Source of the DNA: Candidatus Bathyarchaeota archaeon | GTDB lineage: Archaea > Thermoproteota > Bathyarchaeia > Bathyarchaeales > Bathycorpusculaceae | Direction: 5' to 3' | Assembly (NCBI GenBank): GCA_963775685.1 | Contig: CAVZJV010000014.1 | Location: forward strand, 352,001-416,000 | Length of the DNA stretch: 64,000 nucleotides | In this document: positions 30,978 to 42,748 of the stretch, piece after piece | Numbering within the stretch: the stretch's first letter is position 1 | How the letters are laid out: the number at the start of each line of letters is the position of its first letter | Notes under the pieces: model-generated | What the model was told of the DNA's origin: nothing | What the model saw: only the letters and a program-made list of their open reading frames with translations | Database searches by the model: none | Program-made: the position numbers and the translations under genes

Positions 30978-31221
30978 AGACAAACAAATACAAAAAAACC
31001 CTGAAACCTGCCCCGGACTACGTGACTTACTTCAGCCCAAACCCGCCTACATCAAATGCCACGTTTGCGGAGGAGACCTAGAAATTTGGACCGACGAGGA
31101 CAAAACAACCTGTCCCGAATGCGGAGCCGAATGGAAACGCCCTGACAAGTCAGCCACATGCCTAGAATACTGCCAATTCGCCGACAAATGCAGAGGCATA
31201 ATAGAAACACGTAAGCATTGA
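30967..31221 (+). CDS. Small Cys-rich metal-binding protein
   Basis: CPG..CHVCG..EIWTDE..CPECG..CLEYC..ADKC. Confidence 0.75.
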   Translation: MSSKDKQIQKNPETCPGLRDLLQPKPAYIKCHVCGGDLEIWTDEDKTTCPECGAEWKRPDKSATCLEYCQFADKCRGIIETRKH

Positions 31222-31385
31222 TAAAAAGAAATTAAGTTATTTTTTTATTTTTCTTTACTTCAGAAAACTAAATTAGAATACCCAAAAACCATTATTTTAG
31301 AAAAACGTTTAGCCAACTACTAAATGCCATATTTAAAGGTAAATTAAAAGGTAATTGTAACCAAACAATGAAAGGTTAAGACCAA

Positions 31386-32260
31386 ATGAGCAACCAAGTA
31401 CTCAAAATGTCCGATAAACGCCAGCTTGGATACGCAGTGGAAGGCGAAGGCAAACCAGTTATCTACTTTCACGGCACCCAAGTAGTAGATTGGAAATTCT
31501 TCTCTTAAAAGACTTCGCCCATGCCAATACAATCCAACTGATTGGCATAGATCGACCCGGATATGGCTTATCAACTTTTACATCCAGAATCGGACTACAA
31601 GAGTTTGCCAAGGACGTCAAGGTGCTGACGGATTACTTGAAGCTGAACAATTTCGCAATTTTGAGTTGGTCAGGCGGTGGACCTTTCGCCTTGGCTTATT
31701 TTGCGCTATTCCCCAAACAGGTAACTCGTGGAGTTGTTGTGGGCTCACCTGCTTTGCCTTTCGATGCCTCACAGGCACACAACGGTAATCTACTCGCAAA
31801 AGTCGCCATGAAAAATGGCTTCCTTGCATTGTTGGGACTTAGGTTCTTCCGAAAATCAATTCTCCAAGCAAATCAAGACATTAATCGGTACCTGAAGTCC
31901 AAAGGTGGCAAAAACATGGTTACGGATTGGCCTAAACCCTATAGAAAATTCTTTGCAAATGAAGATTGGTTAAAAGGAATGTATAGCGCCATGGCGGAGG
32001 GTTTTAAGCAAAAGAGCAGTGTGAAAACAATTTACCAAGAACACCAGTTATTTCTAAAGCCCTGGAGCGAAAGTCTATATCAGATTCCAAAGGAGAAACT
32101 TACCCTGTGGCAGGGGGCACAAGACAAAACATGTCCAGTTGGCAATGCACAAAAAATCGTGCAAGTTATCAAAGGTGCGCGTCTGAAGATTTTTCCATAC
32201 GAAGGACACTGTGTACTTTTCAACCAATTCCAAGAACTCAATATCGAACTTTCCATGTAA
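31386..32260 (+). CDS. Alpha/beta hydrolase (frameshift near 31480)
   Basis: YFHGTP...IDRPGYGLS, WSGGGP, QGAQD, EGH. Confidence 0.82.
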
Positions 32261-32470
32261 CCAAAACTTCAACAAAGGTTAACTGCACCACATTTTAATC
32301 CCGAACCCAGACATACTACTACCCCCACTATTTCAATCTACAAAAACTGAGTTCAACTTCTTCATTAAGCCGACTTGGAATAATCAAAATTAGCCGCTGT
32401 CAAATATGATTGAATAGCGGCAATATTATTTCGCTTTTGCCACATTAATTAATAGAAGAAAAGGAATTCA

Positions 32471-32896
32471 TTAAAACACGGCGTTAACCTTGACTTCAAT
32501 TCCTTTCATAACGCTTTGAGTTACTGTACAATAGTTCTCAAATATACTCAAACACCTTGGAACCCGCAACTTGTCCTCTTCCTTAACTTCAAGGTGAATC
32601 TGAACATCTAACCATGCAACTCTGAAATAACCTTCTTTGTTCCGTTCAACATTTGCCTTGACTACTGTGTCGAGCTTCTGGACTTTGACCTTAGCTTTGC
32701 CAAGACAGTACAAAAGACTAGAACTAAGACAATGACCAACAGCAGCCGACAAAAGTCTCGTGGGATTTGGACCCAAACCCTCTCCAATAGGCTTCATTTC
32801 ATCCACCACAAGATTTGTAACACCATCTTCGTCAAATTCCACTTTGAACTTAAACCCTTCAAGAAGCCCCAATTTTGTAAAAATAACCTCAGACAA
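32471..32896 (-). CDS. OsmC family protein
   Basis: DE..PIGEG.GPNP..LL.AAVGHC...FENYCTVTQS. Confidence 0.88.
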   Translation of the reverse strand: MSEVIFTKLGLLEGFKFKVEFDEDGVTNLVVDEMKPIGEGLGPNPTRLLSAAVGHCLSSSLLYCLGKAKVKVQKLDTVVKANVERNKEGYFRVAWLDVQIHLEVKEEDKLRVPRCLSIFENYCTVTQSVMKGIEVKVNAVF

Positions 32897-33174
32897 TATA
32901 AATCGCCCTCAAACATTCCTTCTATATTTTAAATTTCTATTAGCTAGATCAACAATAATTTAGTTTTGTTGCTATAATTTACTTTTTTGTTTTCCCAAAC
33001 ATTCATTCGCGTATTTTGAGGCAGGTAGCTTACCGACCCCATCGTTTGGGTTTCATTAACGTTTTATCATATTTTAAAAAATTAATGGTCGTCACTTCAT
33101 TGGAAAACGCGTGATTAAGCAGTAGAACTCGCTCGCTTCCATGTTTGCTTAAAATTATCTGGAGTGAGTTTGAG

Positions 33175-33249
33175 TGGGCCGGACCGGATTCGGACCGGCG
33201 ACCTTCTGCACGTCAAGCAGATGTCCTAACCAGGCTAGACGACCGGCCC
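33175..33249 (-). tRNA. tRNA-Val(GAC)
   Basis: Cloverleaf GGGCCGG...CCGGCCC-A; anticodon arm TCTGC-TTGACGT-GCAGA; CCA not encoded. Confidence 0.95.
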
Positions 33250-33450
33250 ACACTTTGCACATTTTTCTATGACGTTTTCATATATTGGTGCTTAGTCTGC
33301 TACTAGCATTGCAATACTTGATTTCCAGCTGGTATTAATCTGTTTCCTAACTCCTAAAAAATAAGATCGTGAGGTTAGCTGGTTTCTTGTTATGAGAGCA
33401 GTTTTAAGGTACTTCACGCATAATAATAAATTAAGACTTGGGTAAGGGTT

Positions 33451-34698
33451 ATGGCAACCGACGAAGTGCTTACACTACTAGTTGAATTCATAAACAAAAA
33501 CTCCAATGTGGTCGATGTTCAATGGGACCGCCGCATGAGCCCAAGGTTACTCTTTAACCCGTACTCCGAAAAATTTGAAGAACGAAAAATCGCCGCCCAC
33601 TACTTTCTGCTTGCTGCATCAATTCTTGACGACACCATAGTGGGATATCCGGAAAATGCGCGCATGCTTCTTGTCTACTTGCATGAAGCTTTTGGCAATG
33701 CATTCTTTGAAATTAAAAAGGCACATTTATTTGAAGAAGAAATCGAAAAAGCCAACTTCTACCACGATTTGGGCCCCAACAAGAAAGCAGCTTCAGAAAT
33801 TCTCGCTCAAATAAACCTCTTCGTTAAACTTAAGGCAGAGCGAAACCTTTTGCAGTACGCACAGAAATTCAGCAAACCCAAAGACTTCATAGACGACCTT
33901 GCCCAAAACATTCCGGCGTTGGCTGGTCCTCATAAAGATAAACTCTGGATTTACATGAGGTGGATGGTTCGCCCCCAACCTGATCTGCAAATATACGACC
34001 ACTTCTTGCCCGAAGACCTGTATGTGCCTCTCACAAAAGAAAACGCCAACGTTGCAGCGAGCCTTGGCGTTATAGAATCCGCTTCACCCTATATTTGGCG
34101 AGACGAAAAGACTGCAGCTGAAGCACGCCAAAAATTAACAAACTTCGCTAAACGTCTTTTTTCGCAGGATCCCGCTAAAGTTGATTACCCATTTTTCCTC
34201 CTAGGCAGATGGCTAAAACAAAAAACCCTCAACCGCTATACACTCAAAACAGCCCTTGACTTTTTGGAACGGATGCAGAAAATAACAGGGCAATCCCAGG
34301 CTTATTACCAGAAGATGAGCCGGTACAAGAGCGGATGGGAAAAAAAAACCGCACTGACTCTGCTTAGAATGCATATTCCATACGGCTATGAGACAATTAG
34401 TTTTCCCTTGCCAAACGAAGTCTATACCCCAGATTTCATTTTGGAGAAAACGGTTCATGGAAGAAAAATCATTCTTGAACCACATTTTGAAATGACCAAA
34501 AAACAAGCACGTAAATATGCACTTTTTAAAAGAACCTACGGACACAAATTCGTTCTGATTCTTCTCTTAAAAAACGATTTAATCTCTATGTATCATAAAC
34601 GCAAAATTTTAACTGACGACGTTTGTGACGATGTTTGGCCTATTGAATTTGTGCATCTGTTGGCTGAGAAAATTCGAAGAGGAACCTACGGCGAGTAG
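33451..34698 (+). CDS. DUF2400/HhH-like domain fused to a PD-(D/E)XK endonuclease-like domain
   Basis: KLWIYMRWMVRP.PDL, LYVPL, DPAKVDYPFF; C-terminal YKSGWE...YE...YTPDFIL...ILEPH. Confidence 0.7.
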   Translation: MATDEVLTLLVEFINKNSNVVDVQWDRRMSPRLLFNPYSEKFEERKIAAHYFLLAASILDDTIVGYPENARMLLVYLHEAFGNAFFEIKKAHLFEEEIEKANFYHDLGPNKKAASEILAQINLFVKLKAERNLLQYAQKFSKPKDFIDDLAQNIPALAGPHKDKLWIYMRWMVRPQPDLQIYDHFLPEDLYVPLTKENANVAASLGVIESASPYIWRDEKTAAEARQKLTNFAKRLFSQDPAKVDYPFFLLGRWLKQKTLNRYTLKTALDFLERMQKITGQSQAYYQKMSRYKSGWEKKTALTLLRMHIPYGYETISFPLPNEVYTPDFILEKTVHGRKIILEPHFEMTKKQARKYALFKRTYGHKFVLILLLKNDLISMYHKRKILTDDVCDDVWPIEFVHLLAEKIRRGTYGE

Positions 34699-34745
34699 GC
34701 AAGTAGTTAATTAAGCTGAAGAGATTTTTGTATTGTTGAATTTGG

Positions 34746-35111
34746 ATGGCGCAAGACAACTTTAAGCCCTTAGTGGTTTGGCTTATTCTCAACGGCAAAA
34801 CAGAGGAAGCCCTCGTACTTTTAGCTAAAACCTATCGAGTTAGTGTACCAGCACTAAAAGTTGGCTTACCCAAGAAACATAAAATTAAAGCGTACGGCTG
34901 CTACACCGCCAAAAACCAGACCATCTCCGTCCAAAACAGCGACATACTGATTAACCCCTTTGTGGTTATTCACGAATTTTACCACCATTTACGCAGTAAA
35001 GGGGTAGATAAGATACATCGCGGAACAGAAGGAAATGCAGACAAATTTGCGATAGATTTTCTGACGCATTATCAATTATCTGCCAGAAAAACTCAAAATT
35101 ACATCTCATAA
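34746..35111 (+). CDS. Small HExxH zinc metallopeptidase-like protein
   Basis: VVIHEFYHH...E..AD.FA. Confidence 0.7.
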   Translation: MAQDNFKPLVVWLILNGKTEEALVLLAKTYRVSVPALKVGLPKKHKIKAYGCYTAKNQTISVQNSDILINPFVVIHEFYHHLRSKGVDKIHRGTEGNADKFAIDFLTHYQLSARKTQNYIS

Positions 35112-35524
35112 AAATCTTCATCTTCACATTTGGTGGCCTCAGTCACTTCTATTGGTACCTTCTCTCCCTCTGAATCATATGCAGCAATGCAGCGTCCTCC
35201 TTCAAATGGGTAACCAACAATCATAAGAATTCTCCCAAAAAAATAGTTCAAATCTGTATCGCTAGGTGAGATGTTTCCAGAAGGATGAGAATGCACCGTT
35301 CCAACCAGTGAATAATCTCCCGTAAACATGTAAGGGTTGAAGTGCGCAAAGCCTTCGCCGTGCACTGCAAACGGAGCTAATACCAAGTCAGTTACCTGGA
35401 TAATGCCTTTGCTCTTTTTGCCGCGCAGCATAAGAAAGCTTTCACGCGGGTAGAGTTCTTTGGCACCAGCGTAAATGGCATCTAAAATGTTGCTTGGGAT
35501 ATGCACAATTGTGTTTGTTGGCAT
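35099..35524 (-). CDS. JAB/MPN/Mov34 family protein
   Basis: YPRE, GTVHSHPSG...PSDTD. Confidence 0.9.
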   Translation of the reverse strand: MPTNTIVHIPSNILDAIYAGAKELYPRESFLMLRGKKSKGIIQVTDLVLAPFAVHGEGFAHFNPYMFTGDYSLVGTVHSHPSGNISPSDTDLNYFFGRILMIVGYPFEGGRCIAAYDSEGEKVPIEVTEATKCEDEDFYEM

Positions 35525-35633
35525 GCAAACAACGGTTATAATTGTTAGTTAAGAACTTTTGCCCAATGCCACCTCAATAAAGTATTCGGTAAACATTTAA
35601 GACACAATGAACTAGAACTGTTGACTTGGTAGT

Positions 35634-35718
35634 GCCGAGGTGGCAGAGTGGTTAACGCGCGGGCCTTGAGAGCCCGTGGAACATCCGTTCCGCATGGGTT
35701 CGAATCCCATCCTCGGCG
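35634..35718 (+). tRNA. tRNA-Ser(TGA)
   Basis: GCCGAGG/CCTCGGC acceptor stem, G discriminator, CGGGC-CTTGAGA-GCCCG anticodon arm, long variable arm, GGTTCGAATCC. Confidence 0.93.
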
Positions 35719-36043
35719 CCCTTTGTTTCTTTAACCTTTTGGATAAGATGGACATGTTCACTCTATTTCTGAGTATGATTCAAAATGTAAGAACATTAAA
35801 TAGAGAACACAAAAAATTTCAAAACTAACCTGGAAAAAACAATTAAAAATGAAATATAAACTAACAACAAAAATAAAAGACCCAGCACCTTTTGTCTTTT
35901 TAGCTTTTTGAACTCACAGCCTTACTGCCTAATGTATCCACCTGTGAGTTTCTTTTAATCCCTTCGGATTCGGATTATGAATTCATAATTTATTTATAAG
36001 AAAAACTCAAAAAGCCTACAGAAATTACAAGGTGAAATTATAC

Positions 36044-37541
36044 TTGGCAAATGAAATCCAGCAGAAGAAAGCCTCTGAAAACGAAAAAACAATCGATATC
36101 CTTGAAAGAGAAAACAAAAAACTAAAAGCAATCAACATGGAACTAATAAAATCGCAGGTCAAAGTACTCGAAGACGCGATTGAAGGAGCTAAAGATATCG
36201 TCGCTAGTACGAAGAAACAATAAAAACCAACCGCCAAATGGCCGAAATCTCAAGCAACGTCGAAAAATCCGCGGTAATAGTTTCAAAACTCGCAACAAAC
36301 ACAAGTCGCACAATAGACAAAGTAGTTACCACAGCCAAGAACGTTGGAAATGCCGCTGGAATAGTTATTGCGAACGCTGACAATGCAACAAAAGCAAGTA
36401 GCCGCGTTCTTGAAATGGGAAGACAAACGGCTAGTGTTATAAACCAGATGGCAATCGGTATGCAACAAGTCAGCAAAGCATCGCAGCAGGTATCTACAGG
36501 TGCCCAAAAACTAGCAGATCTCGCTCAGGGAGCAGCAAGAAATACAGAGTCATTAAAGAAAGTAATGGATGACGCAGGGGTAATTGCACGTGATGCTACA
36601 ACCGTGACCGATGAAGCTCTAAGAAAATCCCGGGACGCCAATGAGAAAAGCCAAAAAGGTCTCCAAGCAATTGAAGTGATTAAAAATGATATTACGCGGG
36701 TTTCTGATGCGGTTACTTCTATGGTTAGTTCTGTAGAGCAGGTTGGGCAGATGGCAAATTCGGTTTCGGATATTGCTAGTCAAACCAACATGTTGGCGTT
36801 GAACGCCGCCATCGAGGCTGCCCGAGCAGGGGAAGCTGGACGAGGATTCGCAGTTGTCGCCGACGCCGTTAAAGGCCTAGCAGGGCAATCAAAAACGGCT
36901 GCAGGCTCAGCCATCAACTTGGTAAAGAACATCAAAGATGCAGGCGTTCAAACAAGCAGCATTTCCAAGCAGTCACAATTAGGCGCCGAGCAAGGAGCCA
37001 ACATAGTTTTAGGAGCAATCAAAGAATCTGAGGGAATAGTGAAAATAATGGGTGACATGACTGTTAAAGTAAGCAATCTAACTAATGGCGTAGAACGCGG
37101 GCTTGAAGCTATCAGTTCAGTAGCAAAAACAATTGAGGAAGTCGCCAGCATAACAGAAGAAAGCTCATCAGCCTCTGAAGAAGCCTCCTCAGCCGTAGAA
37201 GAACAAACTGCATCGGCACAGCAGTGGCAGCAATTGCTAAAGATGTCTCTGAAACGGCCGAAAATCTTGAAAGTATGTCTAAAACCGTCATAACCAGTGC
37301 ACAAGAAATGGAGCAACTTCCAGTTATAGTTGGCAACGATGCGACAAGCGTTGAAAAATCAAACAAGATAATTGGGACGCAAATAGAGAAAGTTACCACA
37401 GCATCACAGGCGGTTCGTGAACAAGCTTTGTCAGCAGTGGGTGCAGCAGAAAAAACTAATATCAACCTGCAAAAACTCATTGATCACCACACCGGTCTTC
37501 TCAACGACATCAAATCAAAATATGACTTTGTGGGCGAGTAA
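36044..37541 (+). CDS. Soluble methyl-accepting chemotaxis protein (frameshifted)
   Basis: [30 protein letters not shown] hairpin tip; no TM; shifts near 36220 and 37225. Confidence 0.85.
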
Positions 37542-37542
37542 C

Positions 37543-38065
37543 ATGCAAACTGTAATGCAAAATGGGGACATGCAAATTGTTAACTTCACCATAGGCGAAG
37601 TTAACTATGGAGTGCCCGTTGAACAGGTCCGTGAAGTTCGAGATATGCAAACGGTGACTCCAGTTCCCCGTTGAACAGGTCCGTGAAGTTCGAGATATGC
37701 AAACGGTGACTCCAGTTCCAGGTGCTTCAAGCTTTGTTGAAGGTGTCACAAACCTTAGAGGTCAAATAATCACTGTTATGGATCTTCGGAAACGTTTAGG
37801 TATGGCAGAAAAAGATGGTTTAGGCGAAAAGATCATCATCATAGATCTGGGCAAACATGCAATAGGAGTGGTTGTGGACGCAGTTACAGAAGTTTCCACG
37901 ATAAGAGGACCCTACATCGAGAGAAACTCGGAAGTCACAACCACCCTTGATGAATCCATAATAGGCGTCGGAAAACAAGGCAACAACCTTACCATCATTC
38001 TGGACATAGCAAAAACAATTGCTAAAACAAAAGACCAAAACAAATTAGTACAAACAGCTAAATAA
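37543..38065 (+). pseudogene. cheW: CheW, disrupted by a tandem duplication
   Basis: VNFTIGEVNYGVPVEQVREV...TPVPGA..FVEGVTNLRGQIITVMDL. Confidence 0.85.
37616..37719. repeat. Exact 52-bp tandem duplication
   Basis: CCGTTGAACAGG...CCAGTTCC at 37616-37667 and 37668-37719. Confidence 0.95.
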
Positions 38066-38342
38066 GAAACCTTAAATTACCTTCACCAAAGCGAGGCCAA
38101 CCCAACTTTAGTTTTTTTTCTTTATCCTTTGAATCTTGAGTCTGCAGGATTTTCGAACAAACTCGTCGTTTAAAGGTTGAATTATGCACAATTGTGGTAA
38201 TTACTTCGCCATGTTTCGTTAGTTTGGAGAAAGTATTTTGTTTAAATTTATTCAATCGTACTTTTTGGTTCTCGGTTACGTACTTTTATAAGAAAGAGTG
38301 TTTTTAATCGCTCCTTGTTTTTAAACGATTTGTCCTAGGACT

Positions 38343-40452
38343 TTATTGTTTGTCAAGTAATTGAAGCATTTTTTGAAGATCGTTTGTAGGAGGCATGCAT
38401 GTTTGGTTGCGGCAAACATAAGCTGTGGCTTTTTCATCTATTTTTTCGTAAACGACTCCGGTGATAGGCGCCTGGGCTTTTTCGGGTGTCCATATTGTCA
38501 CCGTAAAGTTTGCCAAGTAATTTTTTCTTAAAGCTGCAAGCATTGCAATTGTGTCATTATCCGATGGGTTACCGACTAAAACAACATTAAATGTTGGTCC
38601 GAGTGCAAACTCTAAGCCCACAAGCAGGTATAAATGCCCAAGCGGTTGCCGTTTAACTTCTTCAGAGACCGTTTTTAGCAGTTTTGCAGCATAATTCTCA
38701 AAGGATAATTCTCCGCTTAAACGTGCCAAACGCAGCAAATTATGTAATGCTACAGAGTTTCCAGAAGGTACCGCTCCATCATAAGTCTGCTTTAGCCTCG
38801 GCACTGCTTCATCATTGCTATTTTCACTAAGGAAGAAGCCGCCATTTTTCTTATCCCAAAACTGCCCAATCATGGTTCGAGTTAAACTTACTGCAAATTG
38901 CAGGTATTTTTCGTTAAACCCTGCCTCGTAGAGCTCAATGAGTCCTAAAACAAAGTAGGCATAATCGTCTAAAAATCCTGAAATAGCCCTCTCACCTTTC
39001 GCATACCTATGATAAAGCAAGTTGTCATCAGTTTTCATTTCTTGGAGTATAAACTCTGCTGTTTTAATTGCTGCTTCAAGATACCTTTGTTTACCAAAAA
39101 CTTGGCTTGCACGAGCTAATGCAGCAATAGTTAGGCCGTTCCAATCAACAAGTACCTTATCATCTTTTGCAGGATGAACCCTTCGCTCTCGAACTTGAAA
39201 AAGAGCATTTCTGATTTTCCCAAGCCTCTCTATAAACTCATCAACCGTCAAGTTGGATTGGGATGCTAACTGTTCTATTGGCGCTGAGAAATGAAGTATG
39301 TTTTTTCCGTTTCTGCCCTTTGGCGGCTCAACGTAGTTGCCTTCAGGTTTAACTTCAAAGATTTTAATTGCCAAAGCTGCATCTTGCTGGGATAGGGCTT
39401 GGGTAATTTCCGCTTGTGTCCAAAGGTAAAACTTACCTTCTTCACCTTCACTATCTGCGTCTTCTGCCGAGTAAAAGCCGCCCTCTGAAGACAATAAATC
39501 TCTCAAAACATAGTCTAAAGTTTCTTTAGCAGTTAACATGAATTTTTCCTTGCCCGATGCTTAGGTAGGCTTCAACGTAGACTAAAGCTAACAGTGCTTG
39601 GTCGTAGAGCATTTTTTCAAAATGAGGAACCAGCCACTGCGCATCAGTTGAGTATCGGTGGAACCCAAAGCCTATTTGGTCAAAGATGCCGCCCAACCTC
39701 ATAGCACGCAGGGTTTTTTCCACCATAGTCCACGCCGTTTTTTCTTTTGTTCTATTGAAGTATCTTAGAAGGAAGACAAGGTTATGTGGAGAAGGGAACT
39801 TTGGGGCGTGTCCGAATCCACCGTTTTCTTGGTCAAAACGCAAGAACATTTGCTCATATCCGTCATCGAGTGTGCTTTTGTCAAGTTGATTTTCTATTTG
39901 TCCTTCTACTTCGGATGTTATCTGCTCCTTTATTTCTTTCCCAATTGATTCCATTTCTGCTCTTCTGGTTTTCCAAATTTCCCCTATCTGCGGCACAAGA
40001 TTTAGCATGCCAACAGTGCCATAACGATTATCTTTTGGGATGTAGCTGGCCACAAAAAAGGGGTTTTTGTCAGGAGACATTATTACGTTTAGGGGCCAAC
40101 CGCAGCTTCGCCCCATTGATTGACAAACAGCCATGTATGCGGCGTCAAGGTCAGGGCGCTCTTCGCGATCAACTTTAATGCAGATGAGAGCTTGATTCAT
40201 TAGCCCAGCTACTTGGTGATCTTCAAAAGATTCTTTTTCCATAACGTGACACCAATGACAAGTCGAGTAGCCTATGGAAACGAAAACAGGTTTATCTTCT
40301 GCTTTGGCCTTCTCAAAAGCCTCCGCGCCCCAAGGGTACCAGTCAACAGGGTTGTAGGCGTGTTGAAGTAAGTAGGGACTTTTTTCTTTAATTAGCCTGT
40401 TTGGTTTTCTTTCGTTTCCCGAATTGATATGCATAAATGAAAAGTCTCCCAT
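38343..40452 (-). CDS. Thioredoxin domain-containing protein, YyaL/SSP411 family (one frameshift near 39550)
   Basis: [55 protein letters not shown]. Confidence 0.92.
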
Positions 40453-40503
40453 TCTACATTTGATGTTGTGGCTTATTTAGCTGTTAACTAAAAAGAAAGA
40501 AAT

Positions 40504-41133
40504 TTAGTAGTAGTATGTTGCGGTCACGTTCACAGTATTGGGATCAGCTTGGTTTGTGTTCCCAATATTGATTTGAAGTGCACCCGGCAGAACTGGAAAT
40601 ACGGCGCTTCCCACGGTACCTATTTCTTGGGAATAGTCAAAGTTGAATCCAGCGTAAGCATAGATTACCTCTGCGTAGGTTGTGTTCGCTGTGGCTGTTG
40701 CTTCAATAACAACATATCCGGCATAGTATATTTCATTGTTGAAAACTTGAGTGGTTGCATTGGCATCTTGGGTTACAGGTTGCTCGGAGATTAAGAGGCC
40801 TGATGAGGCCATATTTGCGATGTTGTAGTAGCTTTCTAATTGGTCATTTAAGGTTGCAATTTGATCGTTTAGTTCAGAAATTTGACTAACTGAAGCGTTA
40901 GAGTTTTGAGAAATCTGAGCTTGTAAACTTGCAATATTTGCTTGTAAAGCGCTGATGGTATTATCCTTTTGGATAATTTGCGCTTGTAAGTCCGATGACG
41001 GGTTCCCCCTCGATAAGTAAAGTGCAAGGACACTAACTAAGCCCGCACCAAGAACAATACATACAACTACAAGTGCGATAACTTTCATGCTCTTTTTCTT
41101 TTGACCTGGATTAAAGACACCCATAGGCTTCAT
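40504..41133 (-). CDS. Membrane-anchored coiled-coil hypothetical protein
   Basis: N-terminal TM, heptad repeats, beta-rich C-terminus. Confidence 0.7.
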   Translation of the reverse strand: MKPMGVFNPGQKKKSMKVIALVVVCIVLGAGLVSVLALYLSRGNPSSDLQAQIIQKDNTISALQANIASLQAQISQNSNASVSQISELNDQIATLNDQLESYYNIANMASSGLLISEQPVTQDANATTQVFNNEIYYAGYVVIEATATANTTYAEVIYAYAGFNFDYSQEIGTVGSAVFPVLPGALQINIGNTNQADPNTVNVTATYYY

Positions 41134-41233
41134 CTACTTTTCATACCTAACACCTTTAGGTATAAATAATTTTTTCCATATTGAACCCTAACTAATGTCA
41201 AAATAAAAAACCTGTAAAACTACAGGGAGAATT

Positions 41234-41680
41234 TTAGTATTTTAGGCTCAAGTACAGCAGCACCGACAATGCGGTGAACTCGAAAAGACCTGGCAGAAAA
41301 GCGAATGGCCCCAGACCGTACGCCCTAAAACTAAAGAGACCTACCACGAATGGATGTGATGCAATGTCTTTTAGTAGGAAGGCTAAGGCGAAAATTATCA
41401 AACCGATTGTAAAGGGTGAACGTGTTTTACTGAAGATGTTTATGTACGTTAAAAGTACAATTACGAGTAAAGCAATGTTTATGGTTGAAATGATTGTAAA
41501 GGCTAAATAGAAGTATTCGAAGTCGCCCGGGACAAAGCCGCCTGGAGGAGGCAAACGCCTTATCTCAAAAGGCGGCTGTTGCAAGATAATCGTTGCCCAA
41601 TAAGCCGTCAAAAGCGCTGCAGCTACAACTATTGCAAGAATTAACCCGATTCTTAGTCTGTTATTCATCTGTTTCTCCAA
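41234..41680 (-). CDS. Membrane protein associated with an ArsR regulator
   Basis: 4 TM; 'S.FTIGLIIFA', 'P.LFEF.AL' motifs. Confidence 0.7.
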   Translation of the reverse strand: MEKQMNNRLRIGLILAIVVAAALLTAYWATIILQQPPFEIRRLPPPGGFVPGDFEYFYLAFTIISTINIALLVIVLLTYINIFSKTRSPFTIGLIIFALAFLLKDIASHPFVVGLFSFRAYGLGPFAFLPGLFEFTALSVLLYLSLKY

Positions 41681-41698
41681 CTTGTTTTTCTCCTTTTT

Positions 41699-42002
41699 CT
41701 ACTTTTTCCCGATTTTGTTCACAATCTCCTCAAATAGGGAATAGTTGTCTTCCATTGTTTGAGATAGAAAGTATGTTGCGCCATACCTGTCTCCGACAGA
41801 TGTTATGATTTTGTTTTTCTCCAAAACTTCAAGGTGATGGCGCATCGTTTTATAATCCATCTTTAGAAAAGTGGCGAGCTGATTTGCGTTCTAGAGGAGT
41901 TTCATTTAGCGAAACAATTATTTTGGCACGGGTTGGTCCGCCTCTGGTGCCTGCGATTAGCCATCCTAACAGGTATTTTAGCGAACGAGCATTTGCAGCC
42001 AT
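41699..42002 (-). CDS. ArsR-like winged-helix regulator (one frameshift)
   Basis: WLIAGTRGGPTRAKII...NANQLA...DYKTMRHHLEVL...YGATYF by manual translation. Confidence 0.8.
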
Positions 42003-42166
42003 TTTCCTAACCATTCCGTGCAAGATTCTTGGTCACTGTTAATCGGAGTTTAGTAATAAATGTGTGCTTCCCAAAGCTTAGGTCTAAGCGGTTTGGGCTA
42101 AAATTAGGAAACAATTTGGGTGTAATCCTGAAAAATCTCTTAATAATCAAATGGGCACGAGGGTTT

Positions 42167-42748
42167 ATGGAACAGGAGGTGAAAAATCAGGATATGATCA
42201 TAAAAACAAAAGCTTCAGTTTTACTTTCAATCATGGTTGTCGGCGCAGTTGCTGGCGTAATAGTTTTTGCAATACAACCAACTGCTAACGCAAATGCAAT
42301 CAACTCCATAGCAGATGATGTAGAGACGACTCCTTCACTTTCAGCTATAAACGCAACCAATAATGGTCTAATCGGCTTTGGAGGATTTAGGGGACCCATT
42401 ATGATGGGAATGGATCATATATTTGGTGGCGGTCACAGAGCAATGCAACGGGGCTTTGGAGAATTCGGCGCGATTCAGGTAAGCAGTGATTTCACCGCAA
42501 ACGTTACAAACATCGCTCAAAGTGATAGTGATGTCCAAACCCTTCTAACTCAAGGCTACAACATAACCTTAATCCGCCCAGTGATCACCACAACAGTTGA
42601 CGGCAACGGTAACATAGTGACCAAAGCTTCAACTGCAGACATGACTTTGTTAGGTAACAACGGCAGCAGAGCATTTGTAGTCATTGACCTCACACAAGCA
42701 AAAGTTACGAAGATAATAACCATAGCAATGACAGAAATCAACAAGTAA
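42167..42748 (+). CDS. Secreted/membrane-anchored hypothetical protein
   Basis: Signal-like segment, Gly/Met-rich linker; start uncertain. Confidence 0.65.
   Translation: MEQEVKNQDMIIKTKASVLLSIMVVGAVAGVIVFAIQPTANANAINSIADDVETTPSLSAINATNNGLIGFGGFRGPIMMGMDHIFGGGHRAMQRGFGEFGAIQVSSDFTANVTNIAQSDSDVQTLLTQGYNITLIRPVITTTVDGNGNIVTKASTADMTLLGNNGSRAFVVIDLTQAKVTKIITIAMTEINK

Noticed and set aside
33175-35718. tRNA-Val or tRNA-Ser as integration sites
   Set aside because: No duplicated tRNA 3' ends or adjacent integrase seen.
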